A DNA stretch of 64,000 nt, taken from assembly GCA_012295275.1 (NCBI GenBank), contig CM022672.1, forward strand, positions 20,026,001 to 20,090,000, given 5' to 3'. Shown here one piece after another: positions 35,101-50,800 of this stretch. The DNA comes from Chrysomallon squamiferum (Eukaryota > Animalia > Mollusca). Below the pieces are notes generated by a model, which had not been told where the DNA came from, did no database searches, and was given only the letters and a program-made list of their open reading frames with translations. How positions within the stretch are numbered: position 1 is the stretch's first letter; the number at the start of each line of letters is the position of its first letter. Made by a program: the position numbers and the translations under genes.

Positions 35101-38100
35101 AAATATACATCAACTGAAAGATTAAAAAGTTAAAATATCTAGCTATTATTATTTTTATATCCAGATAATTCCTTGATTTAACAATAATAATAATAATAAT
35201 AAGATGAAGAAGAAGATGAAGAAGAAGAAGAAGAAGAAGAAGAAGAAGAAAATGATGACGATGATGATAAGAGAAAATGACTACAACAACCATAACAATA
35301 AAAATATCACTTAATTACCTGACAGTTTCAAACTATATTTAGTGTGGCATTCATTATGGAACATTTATTAACATATGAGTAACTAAAGGAGATAAACAGA
35401 CATAATAAAATGCTTTAAAAACCCCACATTAACTTGAAAATATGCACTGCCAAAGTAATTTTGATAATCAAATGACATTAACTGCTCTTTGAAAGAGGGG
35501 CACCTTGTCTATAACATCACCTATTATTTCATTTGCAGTTTCCTCTTTTAATACTCGATCTCATTCTCCTGGATCACATTTCACATAAATAAGCTATTTA
35601 TTTCAATTTGCTTCACACATAAATAACCTTTTCATTAAACTGTAAATAATCTAATGGACAAATTATGTTTTGCACAGAAGTGGTTGTGTGTTCTTTATTT
35701 TTTTTCACTGGTGTCAGATTAACAGTGTGTAAGGTATCCGTCTTTATTAAAATGAAAAACTGTGTATCAGAGAAAAATATATTAAGTAAAAAAAAGAATT
35801 TAAAATAATTACAGAAAAAAGCCCATCAAATATGGATGTAATTTTAATGTTGCTTCAAGTGAATTAAATCTAAAACTGATTTGGACAAATTCATGTTTAA
35901 TTTTTTTTTTTTAAACTTAAGGATTGAAAATCACACATAAAGCCAACATGTCATATTCCATTCCCCTTTGGAGAAATGATACACATTATATGTACACCAA
36001 CCCTTAACCCATCTAGCACATGATCCATCTACTCACCATTGTTCCTTTTCTTTCTACATTATCTTTTATTATTCATTAGTTGTTATAAGGTGATATAACT
36101 TTCAGTTCAGTGTAACATGTTGAAAAGACATTCTGTATTGTGACTAAGTTTGATACCCATTCTACAAACCTGTCAAACCATGTTAACAGACAGTGTTAGA
36201 ATACCAGACTGTTAGTAAAAAAAAGAAAACAGTTTTGGATATAATTCAGTATCTATAAATTTTATACCTCTATTAAAACATTAATACAGTTAGTAGTTAG
36301 TAGATAGAACATATAATTGATTTATACCTTTCTTGATACAGTCTCGACACCTATAATTTCTGAGGCTGACACATAATCATTATACCACAGACTAACTGTT
36401 ATTATAAAACCCTAAACTAGTTTCAGAATATTGCTCATGTTAAGGAAATTAAAATAATTTATCAAAGCTGTAATATAAAATAACAAAAACAACAGCAGAA
36501 TGAATATGTCTCAAGAATTTTGTAAATAACAGAAAGTAAGTAAATATCTTACCAGCATTCAGCAGAGTGACCACAGAAAAAAGGAATCTGCAACCACAGA
36601 TTGACAGGACTGCAGTCTTCACCATCTCGGTCCACACACTGGTCAAATGTCTGAAAGATAAACATCATAAGTTTCAGCAAAAAGATGTTATTTATCTGCA
36701 AGTCTGTAAACGTATGTAAAAAATCTGAACTAAAAAACAATTGCTTATGGTACATCTGAAATTCTGAAAGTGTATATATTAACAAAATCTCTGTTACAAG
36801 TTTCAGCAAAATTAATTACTTATGGTACATTTGTAATTCTGTAAGTGTATGCATGTGCAAGATCTGTATTGTAGGTTTTAGCAAAAACAGCTACTTATCT
36901 AAGTGTATGTAGGTATGTACGAAATCTGTATCTGTTTAGCAAAACTGTTGTTTATCTGTAAATCAGTAAGTTTGTAAGTGTATGTATGTAAAAAATCTGT
37001 ATCACACGTTTCCGCTAAATAGCTGCTCATGGTACATCTGTAAGTGTATCTGTTATCTGCAAAATCTGTACATTCAAATTCTCTCTCCTCATAAAATCGA
37101 TACAAATAAAAATAAATATTCCTGTATGTATTAAGGCAGAACGATAAGGATCAGCACTGGTAAAAAGCAATCTGGCACATAAGACAGGAAGATGTGGAAA
37201 CAACATGTTGAGGCTTTCACCCCAAAACGGAATATTCTGACTGCACAAAATGATGACATATTAAACTTTAGCTTAATTTGAAAAAAAAAAAAAAAAATTA
37301 AAATGTTTTCTGGAACTGCAGATAACAAGCTATAAACTTTTAATGCATCTGGTACATTTTATCTTGATTATGACCCCCATCACTGCAGATACAGATAAAA
37401 ACAATTCTACTCACTGAAAACTGAATAATTAGAATTTTATATTTAAAAAGCATTTATTTAGTTTCACTTGACAAAATTATTTAAATAAACTTAATGTCTA
37501 AAATTTTAATACTGCTAAATTTTGTTAATTGTTCAAACAGCTAACCTTCATTTCATCTTTGTACATGTACTCTGTACATCAAACATTTGCAGAAATATGG
37601 TCCCATGTACACCGTACATAAAAAAATTTGCAGAAATATGGTCAAATACATTCAGATACATTCAACTTTAAATTTCAGGTCATTAAATCCAAAGAGATAA
37701 AAAATATTTATCTTGTATTAACTATTCATTTGACAACTGATACAGAAAAAGTAAAAATTCAAAACATAAGTTTTTACCACATACCAAAATAAAATATACA
37801 GTATAATGAGATAAATAAATATCCATCAAGAAATGACTTTATGCAAAAATAAAGATGTCACTGAGGTAAATAGACCTTTGATTCAGAGAGACACAAACAC
37901 AAACACACACACACGTGGGTTGTCTGCAAATCTTGTTGAATATTGAATGGATCAGAATAAACTGGCCCAGACAGCTTTTCAATTTGTATAATTTTATTTT
38001 ACGGTGCTTTCAGCACATTTATAATCCAAGCAATGGGCCACTTTTTTTTTTTCTTATAGGAAACAACCCTGTGGGCACAGTGAGAGATCTTTAGACATAT

Positions 38101-41100
38101 CATATCTCAAACAGTCACTCTAACCATCTAACCATTACGTTTACAGTATGTCTCTAGCGAAGCCTTAAAAATCAGAAACATGTACCTTCCCACAGTCAGG
38201 AAAACATAAATCACAACCTTTATTATTATGCCAAACACTGATTGCTGACACAATTTGATCCCATGACACATGGTGTGGCAAGCTCCACTAAGCATCGAAT
38301 CACTATAAGGCTCAAGTGAACATAACCTACCATTCAGAATGGATCGCTGGTTCCTTTAATCTGCACTAATTATGGCTAATTACAGGAGACTGTTTCTCAT
38401 GAACATTTAAAACTGTTCATTTTCATGCAGTTCTGAATTAAAATAAGTGGTTACTCATCATGAGTTGTGCTGGTAGACAATGGTATAAAAAAAAAAAAAA
38501 AAAAAAATTATTTCTGAATTATGTAATTATTTCCCAGTCAGTTGCAACTGAGATTAATTTCTCATTAACGTGTTATTTATTATCAAAAAAATAAAAAGTT
38601 AATGAAATTTTATTAACCCATTACGAGAAAAAAAAAACAATAAAATAAATGTCTTGTGATAACCTTACATGATACTTGTGTTACCAGATAATTGACATTT
38701 TTGTTTAATTTTATTCATCAGATTTTATTCATCAGATTTTATTCATCAGATTTTATTTCGTTAGAAATGTATCAAAGACTGATCTGTAATATTAATAACA
38801 ACATCAATAATTTTAAATTTTTAAACTGTGCAGAATAAATATATACATAAATCGATTTAATTTTCACACAGCCAAAATACTGCAAATTAGTTATATACAT
38901 TATACATCTTTGAGTTATAAATCTTTCTTTTTCCACATTTAAATATTTTGAGTTTATGTGGTAGTGAAGACTAAAGATGAGACAAATAGTAAAATATCAA
39001 AAACACGTAATAAATAATATAAGCCAACACTGAGTCATTCATACAGTATCTTTTTCATATTTAATATAATTTTAATCAAAAGAAATGAAGCATTTGTATT
39101 AATATAAATCTTCTTTTTGTAACTAACGTCTAAAGCATAAAAAAAAAAATAATAAAAAAAATAATAATAAAAATTCCCATGTATGAAGGCAAATAACTTT
39201 GCACTGACTCACTATAAAAGACATATTAAGTCTATTCTTAGTTTTAAAATCGAGAAAGTCAATGTCTGAAGAAAATAACGAAGCATAAATCAAATCATTT
39301 TGAAATCACTGAACATTAATTCACACTTTAATAACTAAAGGTGTAGACAGCAATACATTGTGTGTAGTATATGAACACTTATATACAGGTTAATGTAGTA
39401 AGAGTCATAGACCAGAATTAATTTAATGTCTACATGAATCTACGTCTCATTTACCTCTTTATTCCCAGCTTTTCTTCGCTTCAGGAATGGGCGGAAGTCG
39501 TCTCCATACCGGACAAAATAATAATAAGAAATGAGCCGATCCAAAGGATCCCTCACTATGTTGATGTAAATTGGCTTCTTCTGAACACCAAAACTGGAAG
39601 ACAAATAAATGTTTTTATTATTTTGATATAAAGTGGTTTGCACTGTAGACCAAAATTGGGAAAAATAAGAATATGTAATTATAATAATAGAGATTTTTCG
39701 GTAATTCAAATATAATGATACATTTAAAAAATTAAAAACATTTAAGAATGGAGGAAAAAGCAAACAATTTTCCCACCAACATATATATAAAAAAAAAAGA
39801 CAAGCACAAAAAATCTACATGTGACTTATGATTAAATTAATAAAAAAAAAATAATAATAAACAGAACATTATATCTTTAACAGGTATTTTAAAGTCCCGT
39901 TCATGAGCAGTTTTCTGAACAGTTTATAATTTTTTTTCTTTTTTTCTAATATTTCAACATAATTAAAATACCATAACACATTAAAAGAATTTGCTGACAC
40001 ATAAATATATTTTCTACGAACAGTGTTTTATTCTCTGACCAAAAGCCTATCAGGCTTTTTCTTATTCCAACAAGTACTCCCTATGGTATTAATTTATTTC
40101 CAGTCAGAAGGTGCATGTAAAATGTCCCTTGCTGCTAACTGATAAAAAAAAAAAAAAAAAAAAATGAAGGAAGAAAGGAAGACAAAAAATGAGGGAAAAA
40201 AAAAACTTTATGTCTGATTATCAACAAAATGTGAATGCCAATCAATTATTTATCAAAAGCAATCATGGAAATTGGAATTACCCTGATTTCTGTCTGCTAG
40301 TCCAAGGCAAGAGATCTACTAGATAACTAAAACAAATACCATTTCCACTTGGCAATAAAAGGAAGCCATAACATAAATAAGTAAATAAATAAATATGAAG
40401 TTCGTCTGGTTTTCTCTCCCTTCACAGGATGATGAAGAAACATTATGATTATTATTTACTGTTTCTAGGCAATATAGCTACTGGATACATGAAACAAATA
40501 CAATTTCTATTTAGCAATGAAACAGTCATAAAAACAACAGAAAGTGTACACTTAGTGTCTGGCTTTATTTAATGTTACCAGATAACCAAGTGCATCATGT
40601 CAGTTCTTATATTAAGATGAATAATTATAATTATGTATTTTCATAAACTGTTAGACATGTAAAATAAATAAAATTTCTATTTAAAAATAAAAATGTTATG
40701 AAATTATTGTCTGCATTTATCTGATTTCAAGAAGATGAAGTAAAATTATATCAGTTATTATATTACAATGAATATCTGTATTTTCAAAAATTACTATAAA
40801 TACAACTCCTACTATGACAACAACAACAAAAAAAACCAGTTATAAAGTTTAAACTAATGTTTGGCTTTCTCTAATATTATTAGATGACCCACTATGCTTA
40901 TTTCAGTTATTCCACTGAGGAAAACAAATTACTATAAATCTTCTCTTTACTGATTAAAAAGCCAATAATTAAATAAAGAACATTTCTGTTTTCTTATAAT
41001 AATTAAGAAATCGATTAAAATGAGAGACAAATGAAAAAAGAAAGAGTTTTTTAGAAATTGAAAAAAAAAAAAAAAAAAAAAATGTAAAGCCTTTAAGTTT

Positions 41101-44100
41101 AAGAAAATAATAATAATAATAATAATATTAACAACAATCACACAGAATCTAACTGTTCATACAAAATAAATCTTATTTGTGGGTTTTTGCTATTGTTATT
41201 ATTTTTTTTATGTTTCTTTTTCATCTTGTAATTGTCAATATTTTATAGTCTTTTTGATACTTGATATGGAACAAAACAAACATTAATTACATTTGAAGAT
41301 GAGATAAAGATCTAAATCAATTAGCTAACATAACAAAATAAACATTAAAAAACCAAACAAAATACAGAAAACAAATCATAAAGAAGAAAGAATTGGTTCA
41401 TTTCCTCCCTGAAGTCAAACTGTACTGTGTATTAAATCAAATCATCTGTTTTATTTGTTATAGTGGATAAAAAGAAAGAAAGAAAGAAACTCCTCCCAAC
41501 CACTCCCCCAAAACAATCAAATCCAGAAGAAAAATAAGCTGAGAAAGAGAACCATACTGATTAAATTAAATACCACTGACAGTATAAATGATCCACCTGT
41601 TAGTCTTGAAGACAAAAATCAAGTACAAAAAGTTTTCATTACTTAACTGCCAGAAGTATAAGATTATGTTCTATATAAAGTTTGTAAGAGAAGCCTAAAA
41701 CTGAATAATTTTATATTATAGTCATTATAGAGCTCATCACAGTTTTGTGAAATGATATATTTTGAAAGTCATAAATGTAAGTATGAAGATGAATGGAAAA
41801 AAAGAATGTAAAATGAGACCTGAGTGACATAGAGTAGAGATAAAGCCTAACTTCTAAATGGTATTATACTGTAACTATTCTGAACCTTACTATATGATCT
41901 GAGTAGAATTCCAAACCATCAAGTGTTAGGTTTATGAATCATATTATATACCATTATAGTTTGAACAGAAGTCTCAACCTCCATAAGGAGTTAAATCACA
42001 AACTTCCTAAACTACTGTATTGTAGTTTGTAAGTTCTGTGCTTGGTAAGTAGATGGACAATTTTCCAAACCTAACCATTGGTTTCAGACAGAAGTCTAAA
42101 CCTCTGTATGGACTCTGAAAGAAGTCAACACATCAGAAATATGTAATGTTATGGATATCCTAAACCTTCACTTAGTACTAGCTTAAGAACATTCTAAGCC
42201 TCACCATGTAGTTAGAAGCCTAAACCTTCCACATGATGGTGTTAGATTCTGAATGTCCTGAACTTCATAAAAACACTTTGCTGAAGAATTCTAAGGCTCA
42301 GTGATAAAACACTTGTGAGTAATAAGATCAGATCTTGCGTGTTGCCCACTCTGATAACCTGGTCATCAATGTCAGGAAGAAACTGAACAAGATTACACTA
42401 CACAATATTTGATTAAGACAAATCCTTGTAAATTAGTGACAGGCAGGCAAGATAAGACTGTATGAAGAGGAGATCTCTTCCAGTAGAAACCAAGTTGTTA
42501 AGTTTTATTGCAAAAGAAAGATGTGAGGAAAAAGAACTGCAGTGTATTAATTTGGAAACGACTGTGACACAGTTGTGTGTATGTGATGAACAAAAAGATG
42601 AGATTGTGGTCTATTTGTTCTGAGATTTGACTTCAAATAAAAAAAATGTTGATACAAACTGCAAAATTTATGGGAAAAAAATAATAAATAAATATAATAA
42701 ATGAATAAATAAGTTAAAGAAAATAAATAAAAATAAATAAAAATAAAATAAAAATAAAAACAAAAACAAAGAGAAATAACAATAAAATATATTTACAAAA
42801 AAGAAAAGGAATAAAGAATACAAATACTTAGAAAAAAATATGTGTGTGTGTATGTGTTGCATATGTTATACATATAAAACTAAAAATTTGTATTTAATAG
42901 TTTATCGTGATTTACAATTCACAATTCAAGTAATGTTTGACTCAGGGTAATTAAGATATGCAAAACTAACATAACAAACATAGCAAGTCCCTCATTACAG
43001 TGGATATAACCTTCAAGTTGAATTATGTTTCATTATAAACAGATAAATATGGAGATTGTGTACTGCATGCTCTTCCTTTCACATCCACATGTTTACTAAT
43101 GATAAAATGAAAATATCTCTGTTTGCAGAAAGAAAGGAAATAAATTTAAAAACAATTTTTTTTTTATCTAACAACTAACAAAAACTACCAAGTATGTTTT
43201 CAATAAAATTAAACAGATAAAGGATACATACTTTTTAAAAAAGATGACTAAAGTTTTTAAAAAAAAGCTACTGTCATGTTGTTGATTTTCTACCTCGCTA
43301 AACCTTTGAAATGGCTTTTAAATCAAAGTAAATGATCTGGAACAAATTTATACTGTGGCCTATAAATTGTCTGTAATTAGATGAAAAAAACATTTAAAAT
43401 GACACACATAAATTAACTAGTTGTCTGATATTAAATTAAACACAGACTTGCCCATTTGGCTTCAGCAGAAACTGCACTGAGATGTTCATTTTTATGTAAT
43501 TACTGTTTCGCACACTAAATGCACTATTTTGGGGATACCTAAATATATAAAAAATAAATTCTTTATTCAGATATTTAGTTTTATTTTATTACTTTGAAAG
43601 TTCAAATAAGAATGTAGTATCTATCACTGGTAAACACAAAACTTTTAGATTTTCATTTTTATTTAATTTCTTTGTGAGTTCCCATACAAAATCCAATAAA
43701 AATAAACTTTGAATATACATTTTTGTCAGGAACATTTTAGCCTTAAAGACAGTTTCTTAGATAAAATTTGAACAGTTAGGTTAAGTTAAATTGTTGTAGG
43801 GGTACAAACAACAATAACAATTTTGTTAAAAACAAAACTGAATTTGTTTTCTAATTTTTTTAATTTATTTATTTATACACTTTTTTTTTTTTTTTTTTTT
43901 TTGTGATATCTTAATTTAAATGTTGTTTACTTTAAGTATACAAATAAAGAATATCTGGTACAACAAATATTTATTTTAATGTATAAAAAATAACCAAAAT
44001 ATTTAAAAATAAAATTCTTATGATTATGATAATAATGATAATAATAAATATTAACTGTTAAAAATACCATCCCCACAAAAACAAACCCAACAAAAAACCA

Positions 44101-44303
44101 AAACAAACCCACATAAACCCAACAAATATAAAATTGAATTACTAGTTATAACAATTTTTTTAAAGATAAAAATAAAGATGACATAAGAGCATTAAGCATA
44201 GCCTCCATGAGATGGACTGAATAAAAAGAGGGAGAAAAAAGAGAGAGAAAAAAAACGTAAAGAGAATAGGAAAACATATTAAAAGAGAAAGAAAAAGACA
44301 TAG

Positions 44304-44387
<84 letters not shown>

Positions 44388-45504
44388 AACTGAATAAGAA
44401 AGAAAAAGAAAGGCTCTTGAACAGAGTGGCCACTGTGTCATCTGAATGAATGGGTAATGAGAAACATAACAATCAGTGTAACTTAATTTCAGCTGCAGTG
44501 ATCACTACAAACATTGCTCTGGCTGTCCTCAAGTGCTGTTAATAAGATGTTGGAATTGTGATGGTCAAATGGTCCCGATCAATCAGACACAATTTGCTGG
44601 CAACACAATGGAAATAATAGCCAGAACCAAGCCCTCAATGAGGTTCACTGCCCACTCTGCACAAACAAGGCATCACGATCGGTTATCTTGTTAAGGTGAT
44701 ATTGGAAAAAATTGTTATAAATACACTGGCCCTGTCTTTTCCCTTGCAATTGGGCTGGACAGAAAAATTGCTCTTTGCATGAGTTGGAAATTGAAGTGAC
44801 CATGTAGGTCTGAGCGATGGTGGGGTGAAATTTGCCATTAAGACAAACAACAGGATATTCAAACTAATATTGTGAAAGCGTGATGTATCGGCAGGATCAG
44901 TTTGCCAATATTTGTGTCCCTGGGCTGAATTCAATACAGATCTCGTTTCTGTGTGTTTTGTCCAAAGCCAAGACGGAGACTTATGTCATAAACAAGATCT
45001 ATCCTGTTATCCTATTCAATATTTTAACAAGACATCTGCAAACAGTACATGGCATTTTTCACCGAATATCATCTAACTGGTTTATATCTGTAACTGAATC
45101 CGTATTTCATGCTGGCAAAATACAAGAAAAAGCTTAAAGCTATTCAGTGAATTTCTCTTCTGAAGTTTACATGGTATATATTATACAAGAAAAGAAAAAA
45201 AAAAAAAAAGAGAGGAAAAAGTCCTTTGAGCAATTTGCAGTGCAGAATACACAGAGAAAATTGTGTAACAACAAAAAGCATTAGTTGTCAATGTTTGGCA
45301 AAAAAAAAAAAAAAAAAAAACCCAGAAAGTGGAGTCAGATTTTCTGCACCTAACATGAAAAATGACAAAGTTCACTGTTGTCATAAATCTGCAAATACAG
45401 AAGGAGAGGAGGGTTAAAAAATACAACAAAAGCCACCCAAAAAGAACAAACAGATATATCACTGGCAGAATTACAACGTTTTAAACTGAATAACCAAACA
45501 AACA

Positions 45505-45553
<49 letters not shown>

Positions 45554-47807
45554 AATAAATAAATAAATTAAAAACAATAAATAAATAAAAGTAAAAATGA
45601 AAAATAACTTAACTAAAAGATTTCTGAAAAGTGATCTGTATTAAACCTAATGATGAAATACCTGTAAATATCTTTTATTTAGGTTTTTTACTTCTTCAAA
45701 ACTTTCAAATGTGTTATGTTAAAAAATATTTACATGATATTCTAGATTAAAACTTTTACAACTTTTAAACAGAAAGATTTTTTTTTTTTTTTATCAGAAA
45801 AGACTTTAAAAAATTGCCATTAGAATACATAAATTTATTATGCACTAAACGATATATTTGTGTATGTATGTTTGTGCATGTGTTTGTGTGTGTGTATATG
45901 TGTATATGTATGTGTGTGTGTGTGTGATCTTTCTTTTCTTCTGTTTTACAAACACTGTGAAAAACGAAATATATACAACCCATCAGTTAGCAGAAAGTGA
46001 TCTTTCAAAAGTACCTTCCCAGAGAATAAGAAATACTGCTAGCAGTGAGAAATAAACAGCCCAATGGGTGTATCAAGGACATTTTGATTTTGTGACTTAT
46101 CACACAGCAATCCAAACCAGTCAACTAACTGTTGAGCAAATTGAATGAAAACCTATACATGCATTTCTGTATGAGATATTTTTGAAATACTGTCTTAGTT
46201 CTATGGCTAAGAATATATGATAATAAATTGCTAGACATTTCTCATGAAATTACAATAATGCCAATAAAACCCAATAAAATGATAATGTGGGCCAAAATAA
46301 TAATCTAATAAAAATATATTTTAAAATAAAAATAGGTAAAGTTTTTATTATTATTACTTGTAATATATAATTTTTTTCTGACAAACCTTTTGTAAACTGT
46401 GACAAGATCATGGACATAGATGCTGAATTCTATAGAGTAATTATTTTAAACTAAGTAATGAGTAAAATAACTATAATGTATGTTTGAAATAACAAGTTTT
46501 TGTTTTGCAAGCAAAATAATTATTTGTTGTAGAATTCTTAAAAAAAAAAAAAATAAATAAAAAAAATAATAGTAATTTTTTTTTTTTAAATAGTGTATTT
46601 AATGGTACAGAAGAAAAAACAATGAATTTATGTATTGTTTTATGTAAAATAGCTTTATTTTACAAGAGCAAACTATAAAAACTGCTGTCAGTCTGCAGCT
46701 GTGATGAGCAGTTTAAATCTACAATAAGACTGAACAAGTTCAATCTCATAAAATCAATTCATTTTATCATAGATATCATGGATTATGACAGTGGAAGAAA
46801 AATATAATTTAAAAAATAAATAATAAAGAAAAAAGCAAGGAATTGTCAAAAAAAAAAAAAAAAAGAGAAAAAAAGGAAAGAAAATAATAATAATACTAAT
46901 AATAATGAACTAAAGAAAAAAAGAAAGAATGAAAGATTAAAATCATAAAAAGTGTGAATATTTAGAATATTTGTAAACAAAGATAAAAATGCAGAAAGTG
47001 TGAATATTTAGAAAGTTCTTAGAGACATACACGTGTGGCTTGGTGCTGACATTAAAACATAATGAAAAAGAAATGAACTTGAGTTTAAAGATAATGCTTA
47101 TCTGTTGAAAATATTTCAGATCGCTGCTTGATGAAAAGTTACAAATTTGTTGCCAAGAAGAGTATCTCCTATGACGCTTTTTCTTTGAAAACTATTTCTG
47201 CTTCTTTCTTTGACATCAAAGTTGTTTACTATCTGACAACAAACAGTTTTAAACTCAGATTGAGTATTTTCTGTTTTCTTTATGGTTTTGTTCTTGCAAA
47301 AATAAAACCCCAGTATTATAAATTAATGTAATTGTGTATGAAGAAACAAAACAACAAACAGTATATAAAATGCACTAAAAATAAAAATAAATTCAGTATG
47401 CTGTTTCCTTTTTTATTAAAGAACAAACTGGAATCTGTTGGATTATATTTAGTTTTAGGTAATGACCCAGAAGAAAAATATATTAATTAATACGATTATT
47501 ATTTCTGTTTATTATTTCATCAATGTCTGAATTCATTTGAATCAGTTTGAATAAATTTAAAATGTACTTTATTTTTGTCAATGAGTATCAGTTATTATAT
47601 ATAAAAAATTAATTAATTAATATAATAATTAATAACTCGGTGTGAAAAAGTAAAGAAACATTTTATAATGACTCTCAATAAAGAGAGTTAGACTGTAAGA
47701 CAACATTTATTGAGTTTTGCCGATCCTTTTCAATAGAATAATATATATGCAGCAATCAGAATCATTGTTTGTTAGGAAATACTGGTATCTTTATAATATT
47801 TTTATTA

Positions 47808-47839
<32 letters not shown>

Positions 47840-50800
47840 TTTTATTTTTTTTGCTTTCTACATATTTAAAAAAATATGAAACGTTTAGATAGAACATTAA
47901 GTACAACCACTCTGTCTATTCATTTATCTCCTCTCTCCCTTTTCCTCACTTTCCTCTTCTTATACTATTTCATAATGAACATGTATTTATTTATTGTCTG
48001 TGTATACTAAAATTAAAATTTATTAAAACAAACAAGTCATCTTCCATAATAATAACCTCCTGCAACAGGAAGCTCTTAGAACAATCTAAAATACTTAGAG
48101 TCAGGGAAAAAAGAAAGAAAGAAAGAAAAAAAAAAGAATTAGAGAAGTGAAACCTTATTTAGCTGACTTTTATCAAAGCTATCACTTACTTAAGACACTA
48201 AAGAATTCAAACAAAATGAAGAGATAGGTGCTTCTGCAGACCCATTTACCTTCCAGCTGGTGTTTTCAGATTACTGTAGAATTTCTTGATTATGGGCTGT
48301 TCTGATATTTTGAACCTGCTAAAATAAGTGCACAAAAAAATTCTGGCTTTGAGAGCAAGTGCTGTTAACACTTTTTGGTTATCATTGTTACTGCTTAAAA
48401 CACCTTTGATTGTGCTTTTATTTAACTAAAAATTATTATATGCAAACATTTTATACATGGATTCTGATAGTCAATTTTAAAACAGTTTTGTTAAGAGAAT
48501 AAAAAGACGATAAATGTTAGCAATTGTTCCATGTCATTGTTAAAAAGGAATACACCTTTGAACAGATTTATTTGTTTCTATGCCAGACATGTTTTAATAC
48601 CAATAAAACATTCTAAGTATTATTTCTATCAGTTACAAACAGAATAAAACAAACATATGTATTTTGATTTAGTGTTTGCACAAAGTGGAGAAAGTAATTA
48701 TTAAGGAAAGCTTTTATTTATTTATTTATTTATTTATTGTTTTATTTTAACTATTTCAGAATTTACATGTGCATAACATTAGTGTTAAATACAACCTTGT
48801 TTGAACAAAAAAGAAGAAAAAAAAAAGAATTGTTTTTATTACCAGTGCTTGACAGCAAAATTTCCACAAATACATTTATCTGGATTCTGTAACCTATGCT
48901 ATTTCAACACATTGCATGTCTGGCTGTATTTGTTTGTTTTTTTATTAATGAGGATATCACTGCAAAGATCAAGTTAACAATTGTTTATTCAATAAATAAC
49001 TCAACAGGTTGCTAGCAATTGTCTTTCTTTTTAATCAAATAAACACATGTATGACAACAATAGGCAAATCATAACATGTTTTTTGTAATATTTAATTGCT
49101 GGGTTTTTTTTCTGCAAGATCTACATGGTAATGGACACTCTTAAAAGAGATATATTCAAACTAACTGGTGTACAAAACAAAAAGTAAAGGCAGGCTTGCC
49201 AAAGCATTCTTTTACTTACTGTAAAACAAATCTACAGGATGTTTTATGCTGACATTGCTTCCATGCATTACATGCAAGTATCAGGTTTCTGTAACTGAAA
49301 GCACAGACCGTGATGGTTTCATTTGACAATACTACCTCCCAAGAATGATGTAAACCCATAAAGTAATTCTCTTCAGTAAGCTGTCCTGACAAAGGCAGTA
49401 CAGTAAATGCTTCAATCAATTAAGCTAACTGAACAGAACATTATTTTTTTTTTTTTGTACTTTTCATTAAGAGTGTGTTAAATTAGATATCCAAGGTGGC
49501 ACAAACAAATACATAATTAATAATGTAAACACTTTAAAATGTTGTTAATAAATGTAAGAAACCTAACTCAAAACAAAAGTTTTAATTAATTTGTTAACAC
49601 ACCTGTGCATACTCACTCACTGAAACAAGTACAAACAAACTCTGAACAGTCATCATTTTTACTTAATTTGTATAAATTCCATCCTGTATGAAGTGCTCGT
49701 AATCTTCCACTTCAGCAAGCAGGCCACACCTTCATTAAAATTAAAAGCCATTTGAAAGCAATAATGGAAATATATTCTCTATTAGCAAGCAACCAAGGAT
49801 ATATAAATAAACATCTATGCCACTGATAATGCTGTCTATGGCCAGACAGCTTAAAAGCCGGAAGAGGCTGGGAAGGGACTGAAGAAATATACTCCACCAT
49901 GGAAATAGCTCAGATCAGAAGATGACCATCTACCAAAACAACCGGTGGAGTGTTTATATTCACCAAAGAAAATAGACAGCCATTTGGATGAGAATCAAAC
50001 ATCAAGATGGTAACAGACTTGGTTTTGAAAAGCAGGAAGTCACAATGGAAGTAAGTAAAAAGGACAGACTTACTGGTCAGAAAGTTTAAAAGTAATCATA
50101 ACAGAGAGAGAGAGACTATTTTCAAGCAGTCAAATAATTTTATGTTTCTGGCAAATTACTTTCATGGAATGTGCAGTTAATGGAAGTCAAGTGATTTCCT
50201 GGCAAAGAAAGAAAATGTTGGCTTCAGCTGAAGAAGATAAATTTTGTAAATAAGTTTTCAGATAGTGTGTAGGTTGAAACAGAAGTTACTTAGGTTTATC
50301 GATTGCATTTTTAACAGTAATGCCAAAATGTGTGTCAATATCTAATTCTGATTTAGAATAGTAAATCTTTCAACCATCCAACAGAATTTACAGTCTTCTT
50401 CTCATAAATGTTAAATTAATAAAAATCAGTTATAGATGTTTTCTACATAATGTTTCTTCCACCTTTTTAAGAAACTTTATCAAAAATATAAAACAGTTGT
50501 TAAAAAAAAAAAAATGTATAATAAGTTTCTATTTAGGTTTTAAATGTTTTAAATATATAAACAACTAAATCAAACTGCTCACTATTAAATTCATTACCTG
50601 GCTTGTAATGCATTACAGAAAATACATAATGAAATAAACAAAAATAAAAATATAAAAACAGATCTCCCAACTATTTCTTCACCAAAAAAAAAAAAAGAAA
50701 CATTTTTGCTTTCTTAGAAATGAAAAGGTTAAAACTAATGATAAAAGTCTTGAAAAGATTTCAATGCAGAAGAGTAGTGCAGAATCTGCGTTATTGAGTT

